A stretch of DNA of 64,000 bases from Bacilli bacterium (GTDB lineage Bacteria; Bacillota_I; Bacilli_A; RFN20; DUOF01), in NCBI GenBank assembly GCA_017517765.1, contig JAFWYE010000008.1, forward strand, positions 120 through 64,119, in the 5' to 3' direction. The position numbers and the translations under genes are program-made. Below are positions 38,750 to 48,335 of this stretch, one piece after another. Within the stretch, counting starts at the first letter, position 1. The number at the start of each line of letters is the position of its first letter. The notes beneath the pieces were generated by a model, which was not told the origin of the DNA, ran no database searches, and saw only the letters and a list, made by a program, of their open reading frames with translations.

Positions 38750-40411
38750 CTATACTAAAACTTTATTTAGTGAATCATTCAATCTATTAACACTATATAT
38801 TACTGAATTTATTATATTTATATAATTAGAAGGATTAAATATCTCAAAATCATTTACAAAGCAGCTTATCCTACAAACATCTTTGTCTGTAATATTCCAA
38901 GATAACTCTTCTCCAAAGTTTTCTTCAATTTGTTTTTCATTAGCCTTTAGTTCATTATATAAATCTATATTTTTATATAAATAAGCAGATATTCTTATTT
39001 GATTATCTTTTGTCATCAAAGTTATTATAATAGGAATTTCTCCATTTGTTTTGATTACATAATCATATACAGGTTTTTGGATATTCTTTTTAATATCAAA
39101 TCTATTATCTTTAATTAAATTTTCTTCTAGCATTTCCCAAAAAGTAACTATATGCCCATCTAAACTTCTTTCGTATTCATCATTATTACTCTTATGTCTA
39201 TTGCAATATCTGTGAGTTAATTGAACATTATCTCTATTTGTTCTTCCTCCTCTAGAAAAAGAAACAATATGATCTAATTCTGCATCATCTATAGATAATA
39301 TTTCATTACCACAAATTACACATCTATTACATTCTTCAAATAATTCTTTCTTTAATTCATACTCAAAGTTTCTTTTATCCTCTATTAAAGCACTATTACC
39401 AACTATATTACTAATAGCATTATAAATCATAGTAATTCTTCCAATTACTCTATCTCTAGATCCTGTTGCAGCATAAGTAAAATCATTCAAATAAACATTA
39501 TCTGTAGTTTTTATTCTATTTATTTCTGCTCTTATAGCATCAGCATGTTGAAACAACTTATTTTTATCAAACATTGAAAAAGGAATAATAATTGAATCAT
39601 ATACCGCCCCACTAAATTTATTAGTTATCTTTCTTGTATTTCTATCAACTGCGCAAAAAGCATCTTCTCCTAATATTTGTACTATTCCATCAATAGTTTT
39701 AATAAATAAATTTTTAAGTTTACTTATTTCCTTCTCATCATCATTTTGATGTAGCTGCATATATTTATTCATCATCTTCATCATAGAACCTCTATAATTT
39801 GGATAATCTCTCAATGCAAAAAATCTTAATATCAATTCTTCATATACCATTCTTGTATTATTTCCACAATATAACTTTGCTACATTATTATTCTTTGCTA
39901 ATTCTTTAAGTAAATTATTAAGAGGTCCTCTGTATATACAATTTCTCAATTCTTGTTGATTTAATTTAACAGCACCTTGATTTAATCTAGCAAATATATC
40001 AAATTTCATATCTGAAGAATCTTGATTAATAATTATCGTCCTTAATGTATAATCTTCAATCTTTGATTGCAATGAATCAGATAAATTCTTAAAGTAATTT
40101 CCATTTAAATTAGGAAAAACACTTAAATCCTTTAAAGCAAATTCATTACTTAAAAACCTAGTAAAAGAAACTATTCTTTGTTGCCCATCAATTATAGACC
40201 ACTTACCATCATTCTCTTCACACAAATAAACAGTTGGAATAGGAATATTCATTAAAACAGACTCAATTAATTTAGATGCTTGTACATCATTATATACATA
40301 TTGTCTTTGATATTCAGGATTAGGTATTAATTTACCTTTTTCTATTTTGTTTTTCAGATCTCCTAAAGAATAATCTCCACTTGTTATATTTAGTTTTTTA
40401 GATTCAGTCAT
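38750..40411 (-). CDS. DUF262 (GmrSD N-terminal, ParB-like) + HNH nuclease + DUF4268-like tail; type IV restriction-like
   Basis: IPNPEYQRQYVY and WSIIDGQQRI are DUF262 motifs. CVICGNEILSIDDAELDHIVSFSRGGRTNRDNVQLTHRYCNRHKSN is a canonical HNH with a zinc-ligand Cys pair. About 135 aa follow the HNH. Confidence 0.75.
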   Translation of the reverse strand: MTESKKLNITSGDYSLGDLKNKIEKGKLIPNPEYQRQYVYNDVQASKLIESVLMNIPIPTVYLCEENDGKWSIIDGQQRIVSFTRFLSNEFALKDLSVFPNLNGNYFKNLSDSLQSKIEDYTLRTIIINQDSSDMKFDIFARLNQGAVKLNQQELRNCIYRGPLNNLLKELAKNNNVAKLYCGNNTRMVYEELILRFFALRDYPNYRGSMMKMMNKYMQLHQNDDEKEISKLKNLFIKTIDGIVQILGEDAFCAVDRNTRKITNKFSGAVYDSIIIPFSMFDKNKLFQHADAIRAEINRIKTTDNVYLNDFTYAATGSRDRVIGRITMIYNAISNIVGNSALIEDKRNFEYELKKELFEECNRCVICGNEILSIDDAELDHIVSFSRGGRTNRDNVQLTHRYCNRHKSNNDEYERSLDGHIVTFWEMLEENLIKDNRFDIKKNIQKPVYDYVIKTNGEIPIIITLMTKDNQIRISAYLYKNIDLYNELKANEKQIEENFGEELSWNITDKDVCRISCFVNDFEIFNPSNYINIINSVIYSVNRLNDSLNKVLV

Positions 40412-40570
40412 ACTACAATCACTCCATTTACTTTATATTAACACAAAAATTGAAAAGCATCATAAACATTACTATCTTAATACTCTTTTTCCTATATATT
40501 TATCAAATTAGTCGCATTGTGTTTTTAAATTTCTGATGATATACTATAAAAAAAGAGTAGGAGCGGTATT

Positions 40571-41260
40571 ATGGCTGATATTGAAACATTAAAAAAATTA
40601 TGTAATTTTGACGGAGATAAATACACACAAAAAACAGGATTAGATTATTTAACTGCCTTAGAACTTGTAATGGGTGCTGTAAACAGAAATGATAAACCTT
40701 TTTCTATAACTGAAATAATTTCTCAACCAACATTAAAAGAATTCACATTTGAAGGTGTAAAAGAGTTTAAATATGTTTGTAAATTACATGCTTATCCAAT
40801 GATAATTAAAAACAACCATAGAAAAAATGAAAAAATTGTGCCCTATGACTTTGCCAACGATGAGATGAAAAATATCTTTAATAATTCAATGGGCGTTGTA
40901 TATATTTTCACTTGTCCATATGAAAACAAAGAATATATAGTAAAAATAGGTCAAACTCGAACTCCTTTCAGTAAAAGATTAGGTTCTTATAATTGCGGCG
41001 TAATAAATAACTGGAGAACTGCTTCAACTACTAATATAAAAATATTACAATCGATGGTTGCTACAGGTTTAGATTTCAAACTATATATTTATGATTGTAG
41101 TGATGATCCTTACATTTTGACTTGGCATGGAGTTACTTCAGTTCCATTTGCCGCATCTAAAGCACTAGCTGTAGAAGATATTATGATTAAAAAATTCATA
41201 GAGCAATTCAATAGAAAGCCACTTGCTAACATACAAGCCAACGCAACAGAAACAGACTAA
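40571..41260 (+). CDS. T5orf172 / GIY-YIG-like domain protein
   Basis: GVVYIFTCPYENKEYIVKIGQTRTPFSKRLGSYN fits the GIY...(Y/K)IG...R pattern of the T5orf172/MUG113 branch; 229 aa. Confidence 0.55.
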   Translation: MADIETLKKLCNFDGDKYTQKTGLDYLTALELVMGAVNRNDKPFSITEIISQPTLKEFTFEGVKEFKYVCKLHAYPMIIKNNHRKNEKIVPYDFANDEMKNIFNNSMGVVYIFTCPYENKEYIVKIGQTRTPFSKRLGSYNCGVINNWRTASTTNIKILQSMVATGLDFKLYIYDCSDDPYILTWHGVTSVPFAASKALAVEDIMIKKFIEQFNRKPLANIQANATETD

Positions 41261-41276
41261 ATTTGAACAGATAAAA

Positions 41277-41310
41277 AGCGTATTAGTTTTTTCACTAATA
41301 CGCTATTTTT
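41277..41310. terminator. Bidirectional terminator shared by the convergent T5orf172 and HTH-methylase genes
   Basis: AGCGTATTAGT-tttttc-ACTAATACGCT (11-bp stem) flanked by A5 and T5. The right arm contains the methylase stop codon. Confidence 0.8.
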
Positions 41311-42773
41311 GAAACAAAGAATTCGATAAACTCGATTTCTTGCTCTGTTAAATCTATATCATTTCTAAAATTTAAATGTTTTAGAACCATTATATTATTA
41401 AAATTACCATATCGTGTTAAATGAATAATAAACTTATAACATGATTGAGTAATCTTTTTCATTGCTTCATTTGCACTTTTCTTTGTGTCAAATGCCATAT
41501 AACCAACAGATTGCGTTACATTAACTTTATGTTTTATATACGGAACATAGTAAGTAGATAGTGGAACAATTATAAGCCATTTTGAAAATATGTCTTGTTT
41601 AAGTTTAGCATATCTAGTTTTTCTAGCTGTATGTATTGTTTCATATTTGAAAATATTATTTTTTTCATCACTAAGACAATCACTTTTAGTAAAATTATGC
41701 AAATCACATCTATAGAAAAATTGATTGTTATCTTCATTCAACATCATTTTCTTTTGTATATTTATAGTATTTTGAGATATATACAACGGTATAAAAGGTA
41801 AATCATTCGGTATTTCCACATCATGTTGTTCATCTTTTATAACATAATTATTTTTTACATATGTCTTATTATTATAAACACCTTTTTGCCATACAAAAAC
41901 TGTAAAAGATGATCCAACACTAGAAAAATATTTGTGAATATCATTGTCTATTACAACAAACGATCCTTCTGTTAAGAGCGATTTTAATGTAGTGTTGTTT
42001 GTGTTGTATGACATCCAATTGTTTGGAGCAACAAAACATAGATATCCACCATTTTTCACCAATTTTACAGAATGCTCGATAAATTGTTTAGATAAACTTT
42101 GATTTTTATTTCCTCCACCAGAATATGGTGGATTAGCCATTATTAAATCCCATTGTCCATAATTATCTATCGTTAAAGAGTCCATTTTAAATATATTTTT
42201 TGGATTCAATATGCGTTTGCAATTTTCTAATCTCACTTCATTCAAATCATAAAACCATATATTATCCATTTTTGTTTTTAGAGAGCAATATGCACCAAAA
42301 TTACCATTTCCGCAACAAGGATCTAAGACTTTGATATTTTCATTTTTCCAAAAAGATGATGGTATGTAATCAATCATTAATTTTACACATTCCATTGGTG
42401 TACATATATCATCTGTACTAACCATATGAGTTTTATCATTATTTAATGCATTATAAATATCAAAGATCTTTTCTTCTTTAACCTTGTCTGTAATAACATT
42501 TTGGCTATTTTTTTCTGTATTAATAGTATTTATTAAATCAAAGCTTATAGTTTGTCCTAAAACATTTGCATATTTAACAAGGAACTTCAAAGTTGGCGTG
42601 CTTTTTAAGCTTTCAAATTTTGCCACAACCTGTGGAGAAACCCCCATTTTATCAGCAACAGCTTTTTGTGTTAATGAGGATTTTTTTCTTATGCCAATAT
42701 ATTTAGATATAACAGCTTCCCTTATACCAATTTCATTATCATTAAGAGACACCTTTGATACATTTGCGCCCAT
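41295..42773 (-). CDS. XRE-type HTH fused to a gamma-class N6-adenine DNA methyltransferase
   Basis: N-terminal LTQKAVADKMGVSPQVVAKFES (HTH_3). Motif I VLDPCCGNGNFG is followed about 60 aa later by motif IV IMANPPYSGGG, then a long C-terminal TRD-like region. Confidence 0.8.
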   Translation of the reverse strand: MGANVSKVSLNDNEIGIREAVISKYIGIRKKSSLTQKAVADKMGVSPQVVAKFESLKSTPTLKFLVKYANVLGQTISFDLINTINTEKNSQNVITDKVKEEKIFDIYNALNNDKTHMVSTDDICTPMECVKLMIDYIPSSFWKNENIKVLDPCCGNGNFGAYCSLKTKMDNIWFYDLNEVRLENCKRILNPKNIFKMDSLTIDNYGQWDLIMANPPYSGGGNKNQSLSKQFIEHSVKLVKNGGYLCFVAPNNWMSYNTNNTTLKSLLTEGSFVVIDNDIHKYFSSVGSSFTVFVWQKGVYNNKTYVKNNYVIKDEQHDVEIPNDLPFIPLYISQNTINIQKKMMLNEDNNQFFYRCDLHNFTKSDCLSDEKNNIFKYETIHTARKTRYAKLKQDIFSKWLIIVPLSTYYVPYIKHKVNVTQSVGYMAFDTKKSANEAMKKITQSCYKFIIHLTRYGNFNNIMVLKHLNFRNDIDLTEQEIEFIEFFVSKIAY

Positions 42774-42913
42774 CGTTTATCACCAAAAAAAATATAACAT
42801 ATTAGGTTGCAGAAATCAACCTATAGGCTGTTTTATGTTAATTTAAATTTGACGCTGTTTCTACTAATATCTTCTATCATTAACAACACATTGATATGTT
42901 TGAAATTATTAAA

Positions 42914-42967
42914 ATCAGCACCCTTACCAAAAATTTACTAGCACCCCTCAAAAAATCACTAGCACCC
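42914..42967 (+). repeat. Iteron cluster 1: three same-orientation copies of A(C/T)(T/C)AGCACCC
   Basis: ATCAGCACCC 42914, ACTAGCACCC 42937, ACTAGCACCC 42958 (spacing 23 and 21 bp). The cluster lies 140-195 bp upstream of the HTH-methylase start codon. Confidence 0.8.
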
Positions 42968-43204
42968 CACCCTAAAAGGCTGCTGTTGTATCGTTAACAC
43001 AATAGTCAATTTTTCATAATTTTCTCACTAATTTCCCATATTTTTCTCAAATTTATACTAAAAAAGCCTTATTTTACCCATATTTTGGATAATTTAAGGC
43101 ATATTTTGATGGTCCCAAACCATTACTCGCAACATGGCTCAGTAATACCATTTTGCGACCATTTTAAAACCAATTAAAACAAATCGTTATTTTATTACTT
43201 TTTC

Positions 43205-43314
43205 TCTAGCACCCCTTATAAAAATTACTAACACCCTAGCATATTTTTACTAGCACCCTAGTATATTTTTACTAGCACCCTAGTATACTTTTACTAGCAC
43301 CCTTGAAAAGTAAT
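43205..43314 (+). repeat. Iteron cluster 2: five tandem 22-bp units with core (A/T)CTA(G/A)CACCC
   Basis: Core starts at 43205, 43227, 43249, 43271 and 43293 (exact 22-bp period). The last three units are near-identical: ACTAGCACCCTAGTATA(T/C)TTTT. Confidence 0.9.
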
Positions 43315-43345
43315 CGTTATTAGAGTTAAATACTTTTTCTAGTCA

Positions 43346-46120
43346 TTAATCTGATGTGAGTTTCTTATACATTTTCATTAATTCTGCAACGCATTCACTT
43401 TCTGTTTTAACTTTACCCCAGAATCCATAAGCTTCCATTACAGCTCTATCGTTTGCTTGGTGAGCTTTTCTTAATTCTGATGGCATTGCAACCTCATCAT
43501 ACAAATCAGCTAAAGAACAATCAGGATATAGATTTCTTGCGTCAAGTATTTGTTGTGCGGTTTTACATATTTTATCCATTTTTTCTTTTGTAGGTTTACA
43601 CCACGGAAAGTTATTATACACAATATCCTTTGAATATCTATATCGACTCTCTAATCTACCGCAGACAGCACGCATCCAAGCCATATGAACATTAGATGTC
43701 AAAACTCCAAATTGATAAATATTAGCATCAGCAATCATATGCACTGAGTCAGATGAAAGAACTTCAGGACTAATAAATCCAATTGGAACATACCTTCTTT
43801 TCTCTGATGAGACTCTTGGTATTAGCAAATAATTACTCTTTGGCATATTTTCAACATGGAATCTAGTCGGCTTTTCTGCTAATTTTCTAGTTCCTTCGCT
43901 TGAACTATTAAGCCTAAACTCTCTAACTTTTTTTACTCTTTCAAAACATTTTGTCATTCTTCTTAATTCATTAGGCATACAATCACCCAACCATAAACAA
44001 TATCTTTTTTTTCCATTAATAAATTCTTCAGCACCTAGCCATTCTCTAAAATATTTTTTAGCGTCTGGTTCTTCTGCAATAAATTCTTCCATTTCTTCCT
44101 TTTTAAATAAATAATACCCTCCATCAATTGGTTTGTTTCCAATACCTATTTCTGGAACATTACACAAAGGTTTATTTCTGCTTTCTATAAATATATTATC
44201 TGCATCTATTAAATATGGATTTATATTTCTTACAATTTGATATCTATCAAGTGTATAGATGATTTTGTTTTTGCTATCTTTCACAAAACTAAAACCAACA
44301 ATTATACAATGAACATGAGCTTTTAGTGATGCCTCACTATCCCATCTAAATGTTGTGTGAGCAAAATTTATTTCTATACCCAAATCAAATAAAGGTTTCC
44401 ATAAATTAGCCACACTCTCTCCTTGACATACAGAATTTGTAGATACTAATGCAACTTTGATATTAGTGCTGTATATAAAATCTACTGCTTTTTTATACCA
44501 GCAAGACACATAATCTAAGTTCCCAACATTTTTCCATTTTGCGCCAAAAATAGAGATAACATCATTTTTTTGATTTTGACTCATTAACCTTGCCCCAACA
44601 AATGGAGGATTTCCCATAATAAAAGAAACTTTATTTTTTGAAACAACATCATTCCAATCTAATCTTAAAGCATTTCCTTCTACTATATTTGCGTATGATT
44701 TCAAAGGGAAGAAATCAAGTGGTCTATTAACAATCATTTCTGTTTCTTTTAGCATTTGAGACTCTGATATCCACAACGCAGTCTTAGCAACTGTAACAGC
44801 AAAATCATTAATTTCTATTCCATAAAACTGACCTATTGACACCTTAATAATATCCCCAATATCAAGCATTGTCTGACCTTTTGTTTGTGCCAATAACGCT
44901 TCATTTTCTAATCTTCTTAAGGATATATATGTTTCTGTTAGAAAATTACCTGATCCACATGCTGGATCAAAGAATACTAATTTAGATAACTTCTCTCTAA
45001 ACATTTCTAATTGTTCATTTCTAGTTTTATCCTGTTTTAACAATTTAATTCTATCCAGTTCCTCTTTCAAATCATCTAAAAATAAAGGATCTATGACTTT
45101 ATGTATATTTTCAATAGAAGTATAATGCATACCACCACTTCTTCTCGTTTCTGGATTTAACGTACTCTCAAATACCGCACCAAAAATTGTAGGACTAATT
45201 TCACTCCAATCAAAGTGTTCACTTCCTTTATGTAGAATTATATCAATAATCTCTTCAGTGAAATGAGGAATGATAATGTTTTCATTAGCAAAAAGACCAC
45301 CATTTACATACGGAAATTTAGCAAGTTCATCATTTAAATATGGATCTCTTTCTTCTAGTTTTGTATCTAAAACCTTAAATAAATCAATCAGCGCACGTCT
45401 AGTATCTTTCACTTGGAAACCTTTTAAATAATCATGAAATGCGAGTTTTTCTCCAAATAAGCCGCTATCTTCCGCATATAAACAAAATACTAATCTAACA
45501 CATAATTCATTTAAACTCTTTAATTCTTTTTCGTCTTTTTCATTATATTGAGAAAGCAAAGCGTTATATAATACTCCAACTATTTCACCTGCTTTTATAG
45601 ATATTTCCATTTCTTTTTTTATATTTTCATTTTGTTGGTTAACGACGAATTCTAATCGATAATATTCTTTCACTAAATTCTTTAACAAAATACTTTCTGG
45701 TTCGCCATTTGGTTTTTCCATATCATAAATTAAGAATTCTTGAAAATTACATGTGATTATCCATCTAGGTCTTTTAGAATAAGGTAGTTCTGCACTATAT
45801 CTTTTTGCTTGTTGAAACGGAGTCAAAGGTGTGCCATCAGATTGTTTTATTGGTTTTCTTAAGTCCTTATCCCTTCCTTTTTGCTCTATTAAAACATGAG
45901 TAGCAGGAATGAATCCATCTATAAAACTTGTATGATCTAGCATTACTTTATCCTCAAAATTAATATAATTTCTCGCGTTTTCTACACCTAAAATATGCTC
46001 TAAAAGGTCAATCCAAAACTTTTGACTTTCACCTTTCTCATATCCTTTGTCACTCCAATACTCAACAAAATCCTTTGCATTCTTTTTTATTTGCGCATCA
46101 CTTAGCATATAATCACCCAT
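43346..46120 (-). CDS. MmeI-like type IIL (fused restriction-modification-specificity) enzyme
   Basis: N-terminal PD-ExK FIDGFIPATHVLIEQKG; methylase motif I FFDPACGSGNFL and motif IV IMGNPPFVGAR. 924 aa, as I recall similar to MmeI in size and domain order. Confidence 0.8.
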   Translation of the reverse strand: MGDYMLSDAQIKKNAKDFVEYWSDKGYEKGESQKFWIDLLEHILGVENARNYINFEDKVMLDHTSFIDGFIPATHVLIEQKGRDKDLRKPIKQSDGTPLTPFQQAKRYSAELPYSKRPRWIITCNFQEFLIYDMEKPNGEPESILLKNLVKEYYRLEFVVNQQNENIKKEMEISIKAGEIVGVLYNALLSQYNEKDEKELKSLNELCVRLVFCLYAEDSGLFGEKLAFHDYLKGFQVKDTRRALIDLFKVLDTKLEERDPYLNDELAKFPYVNGGLFANENIIIPHFTEEIIDIILHKGSEHFDWSEISPTIFGAVFESTLNPETRRSGGMHYTSIENIHKVIDPLFLDDLKEELDRIKLLKQDKTRNEQLEMFREKLSKLVFFDPACGSGNFLTETYISLRRLENEALLAQTKGQTMLDIGDIIKVSIGQFYGIEINDFAVTVAKTALWISESQMLKETEMIVNRPLDFFPLKSYANIVEGNALRLDWNDVVSKNKVSFIMGNPPFVGARLMSQNQKNDVISIFGAKWKNVGNLDYVSCWYKKAVDFIYSTNIKVALVSTNSVCQGESVANLWKPLFDLGIEINFAHTTFRWDSEASLKAHVHCIIVGFSFVKDSKNKIIYTLDRYQIVRNINPYLIDADNIFIESRNKPLCNVPEIGIGNKPIDGGYYLFKKEEMEEFIAEEPDAKKYFREWLGAEEFINGKKRYCLWLGDCMPNELRRMTKCFERVKKVREFRLNSSSEGTRKLAEKPTRFHVENMPKSNYLLIPRVSSEKRRYVPIGFISPEVLSSDSVHMIADANIYQFGVLTSNVHMAWMRAVCGRLESRYRYSKDIVYNNFPWCKPTKEKMDKICKTAQQILDARNLYPDCSLADLYDEVAMPSELRKAHQANDRAVMEAYGFWGKVKTESECVAELMKMYKKLTSD

Positions 46121-46147
46121 TCACTTCTAATCGTTATAACACTAAAA

Positions 46148-46159
46148 AGTATAGCACAA
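46148..46159 (-). promoter_or_regulatory. Extended -10 promoter (TTGTGCTATACT) for the MmeI-like gene
   Basis: Minus strand reads TTGTGCTATACT about 28 nt upstream of the ATG. It is a near-duplicate of the element at 48324..48335. Confidence 0.5.
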
Positions 46160-46254
46160 GTGAAAATAAAATTAAAAATTTTATACAACTTTTCTGGCAC
46201 TACTTTGAAACTAAAATAAAAAAAGTATGAAACTAAATTAATAATTCCATACCC

Positions 46255-46677
46255 TTACCCTTCTATAACCTCAAATATTTCACTAGATATTGACAAAAGA
46301 TCCTCAAACTTTATTTTTGTTTTATCTTCAAAAACTATCCTTTGCTCGTAGTCATCTATTTTCTTAACTATACCGTTTTTAGACTTGTAGCATCCACCTT
46401 CTTTTTTCTTATCTGCAACAAAATGTATAATGGTTACTTCTATTTTTTCTTTGATTCTCTCATTGATTTGAAATAGTTTAGAACTGATTATGTCTTTTTC
46501 TTCTTCCGTCAATTCTTTTCTTTTTTCGACAATTCTACCAGTTTCATTAATTGCCTCACCATATCCCGTTAATGCTGCAAATGGTGCGAATTGAGCTGCC
46601 CTATCATATTGACTCATTTGCTTTCTGGTCCTGGAAACATGGTGTGGTTTATATAGCAAGTCATCATATTTACTCAT
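46255..46677 (-). CDS. YolD-like protein
   Basis: RAAQFAPFAALTGY block; 140 aa. Overlaps the stop of the upstream Y-family polymerase gene by 4 nt, the classic YolD/UvrX-type pairing. Confidence 0.65.
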   Translation of the reverse strand: MSKYDDLLYKPHHVSRTRKQMSQYDRAAQFAPFAALTGYGEAINETGRIVEKRKELTEEEKDIISSKLFQINERIKEKIEVTIIHFVADKKKEGGCYKSKNGIVKKIDDYEQRIVFEDKTKIKFEDLLSISSEIFEVIEG

Positions 46678-48188
46678 GCTTTATGACCTCCTATCTGTTC
46701 ATTTCTATCTTTAGCGGTTGCTCCTTCTTCTAGATTCATACCCTTTAGAACTGCATTTTTTCCATACTTTTTCTTTATTTCTAACAATGCCTTCTGTAGG
46801 TTTTTTTCTTTTTTATCTGCGATTTTATCCTTCTTTTCTTTTTCTATGTCTTCATCAACATTACTAAATAAATCAATTTGTTTGTATTCTTGCTTTTTAG
46901 TAGGTTGTGACCCTTCTGGAACAATGTTATTTACAGATATAGTAATCCTCCTGACCAGTAAAATAGGATTGATGATTCTATCGTATAATTTTGTTACTTC
47001 ACTCACTAGTTTAGTTGAAGACGAAGTATAGTCAAATCTACTTGTCCCATGCGCTGGTTTTGGTGTTTTACGCCCATAGTGATCTAATACAACCTCTCCC
47101 TTATAATTGTCGGCTATATCAGGATTAGTAAGGTTGTCTATATCATAACCAATAGTTAACACTAATTGATCAGTAACTAGATCCTTATCTACTAAATCTA
47201 GCGCCAACAAGTCCATCATTTCTTTAACAATCAACTTTGCCTTTTTAGAAGTATAAGCACAATGTAATACTTGTCCTGAACTTAAACTATTAGTAGAAGG
47301 TTTATAAGCCTTTATATCTTTGATAGTTGTTGGTTCATAACCCCACGCATGATCGATTAAAAGTTCAGCATTAATTCCAAAAGTTTGATATAACAAGTCT
47401 TCATTTTCTTCCGAGCATCTACAAATATCACCCATAGTGTATAAACCTATTTTTGCCAATCTATTTTGATACCCATTACCTACACGCCAAAAATCAGTTA
47501 ATGGTGTGTGTTCCCAAAGCGATCTCCTATAGCTTAACTCATCTAAAGAAGCTATCCTTACTCCATTTTTATCAGGAGGCATTTTCTTGGCTACAATATC
47601 CATCGCTACCTTTGCTAAATACATATTCGTTCCAATACCAGCAGTTGCAGTTACACCAGTTTCCTTAAGAACGTCATTAATCATTTTTCTAGCAAGTTCT
47701 TCTGCAGTAAGTCCCATTGGATTCAAATATCCTGTAACGTCCATAAATACTTCATCTATTGAATAAACATGGATATCCTCTGCAGAAATATACTTTAAAT
47801 AAATATCGTAAATTTTAGTGCTATATTGCATATACTTTGCCATTTGAGGTGGCGCAACAATAAAATCTATTGAATATTCTGGGTGTTGTTTTAATTCGGT
47901 ATCATCAAAGGATGCACCTGTAAAGGATCTATTTGGTGCTTTTGACCTTCTATTTTCATTTGCCTCTTTTACTTTTTGTTTAAGTATATATAACCTTTCT
48001 CGACCAGGAATCCCATACGACTTTAATGATGGCGATACTGCTAGGCATATTGTCTTATCTGTTCTTGACTCATCCGCTACTACTAAATTTGTTTTTAATG
48101 GATCTAAACCTCGTTCCATACACTCGACTGATGCATAGAAGGACTTAAGGTCTATACAAATATAAGTTCTTTCCCTCACTAGCATCAC
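46674..48188 (-). CDS. Y-family (translesion) DNA polymerase, UvrX/YqjW-like
   Basis: YICIDLKSFYASVECMERGLDP (catalytic D), SIDEVFMDVT (DE motif), GIGTNMYLAKVA (thumb/HhH region); 504 aa. Confidence 0.85.
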   Translation of the reverse strand: MMLVRERTYICIDLKSFYASVECMERGLDPLKTNLVVADESRTDKTICLAVSPSLKSYGIPGRERLYILKQKVKEANENRRSKAPNRSFTGASFDDTELKQHPEYSIDFIVAPPQMAKYMQYSTKIYDIYLKYISAEDIHVYSIDEVFMDVTGYLNPMGLTAEELARKMINDVLKETGVTATAGIGTNMYLAKVAMDIVAKKMPPDKNGVRIASLDELSYRRSLWEHTPLTDFWRVGNGYQNRLAKIGLYTMGDICRCSEENEDLLYQTFGINAELLIDHAWGYEPTTIKDIKAYKPSTNSLSSGQVLHCAYTSKKAKLIVKEMMDLLALDLVDKDLVTDQLVLTIGYDIDNLTNPDIADNYKGEVVLDHYGRKTPKPAHGTSRFDYTSSSTKLVSEVTKLYDRIINPILLVRRITISVNNIVPEGSQPTKKQEYKQIDLFSNVDEDIEKEKKDKIADKKEKNLQKALLEIKKKYGKNAVLKGMNLEEGATAKDRNEQIGGHKA

Positions 48189-48323
48189 CCCACTTATTTT
48201 TCACATTATAACAAATTTAAAACTAATTTGAGAAAATAATGAAACAAAGTTGAAACTATTTTGAAATAAAAAAGAGACTAATGTGAAACTAGCCTCAAAC
48301 ATTATAGCATTCTCCCCACAGGG

Positions 48324-48335
48324 ATTATAGCACAA
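48324..48335 (-). promoter_or_regulatory. Extended -10 promoter (TTGTGCTATAAT) upstream of the polymerase-yolD operon
   Basis: Minus strand reads TTGTGCTATAAT. About 135 nt of leader follows before the ATG, and that leader contains four GTTTCA (TGAAAC on plus) repeats. Confidence 0.5.

Noticed and set aside
48189-48330. LexA/SOS (Cheo) box upstream of the Y-family polymerase
   Set aside because: The expected GAAC-N4-GTTC palindrome is not present by eye. Only same-orientation TGAAAC repeats occur; these are reported separately.
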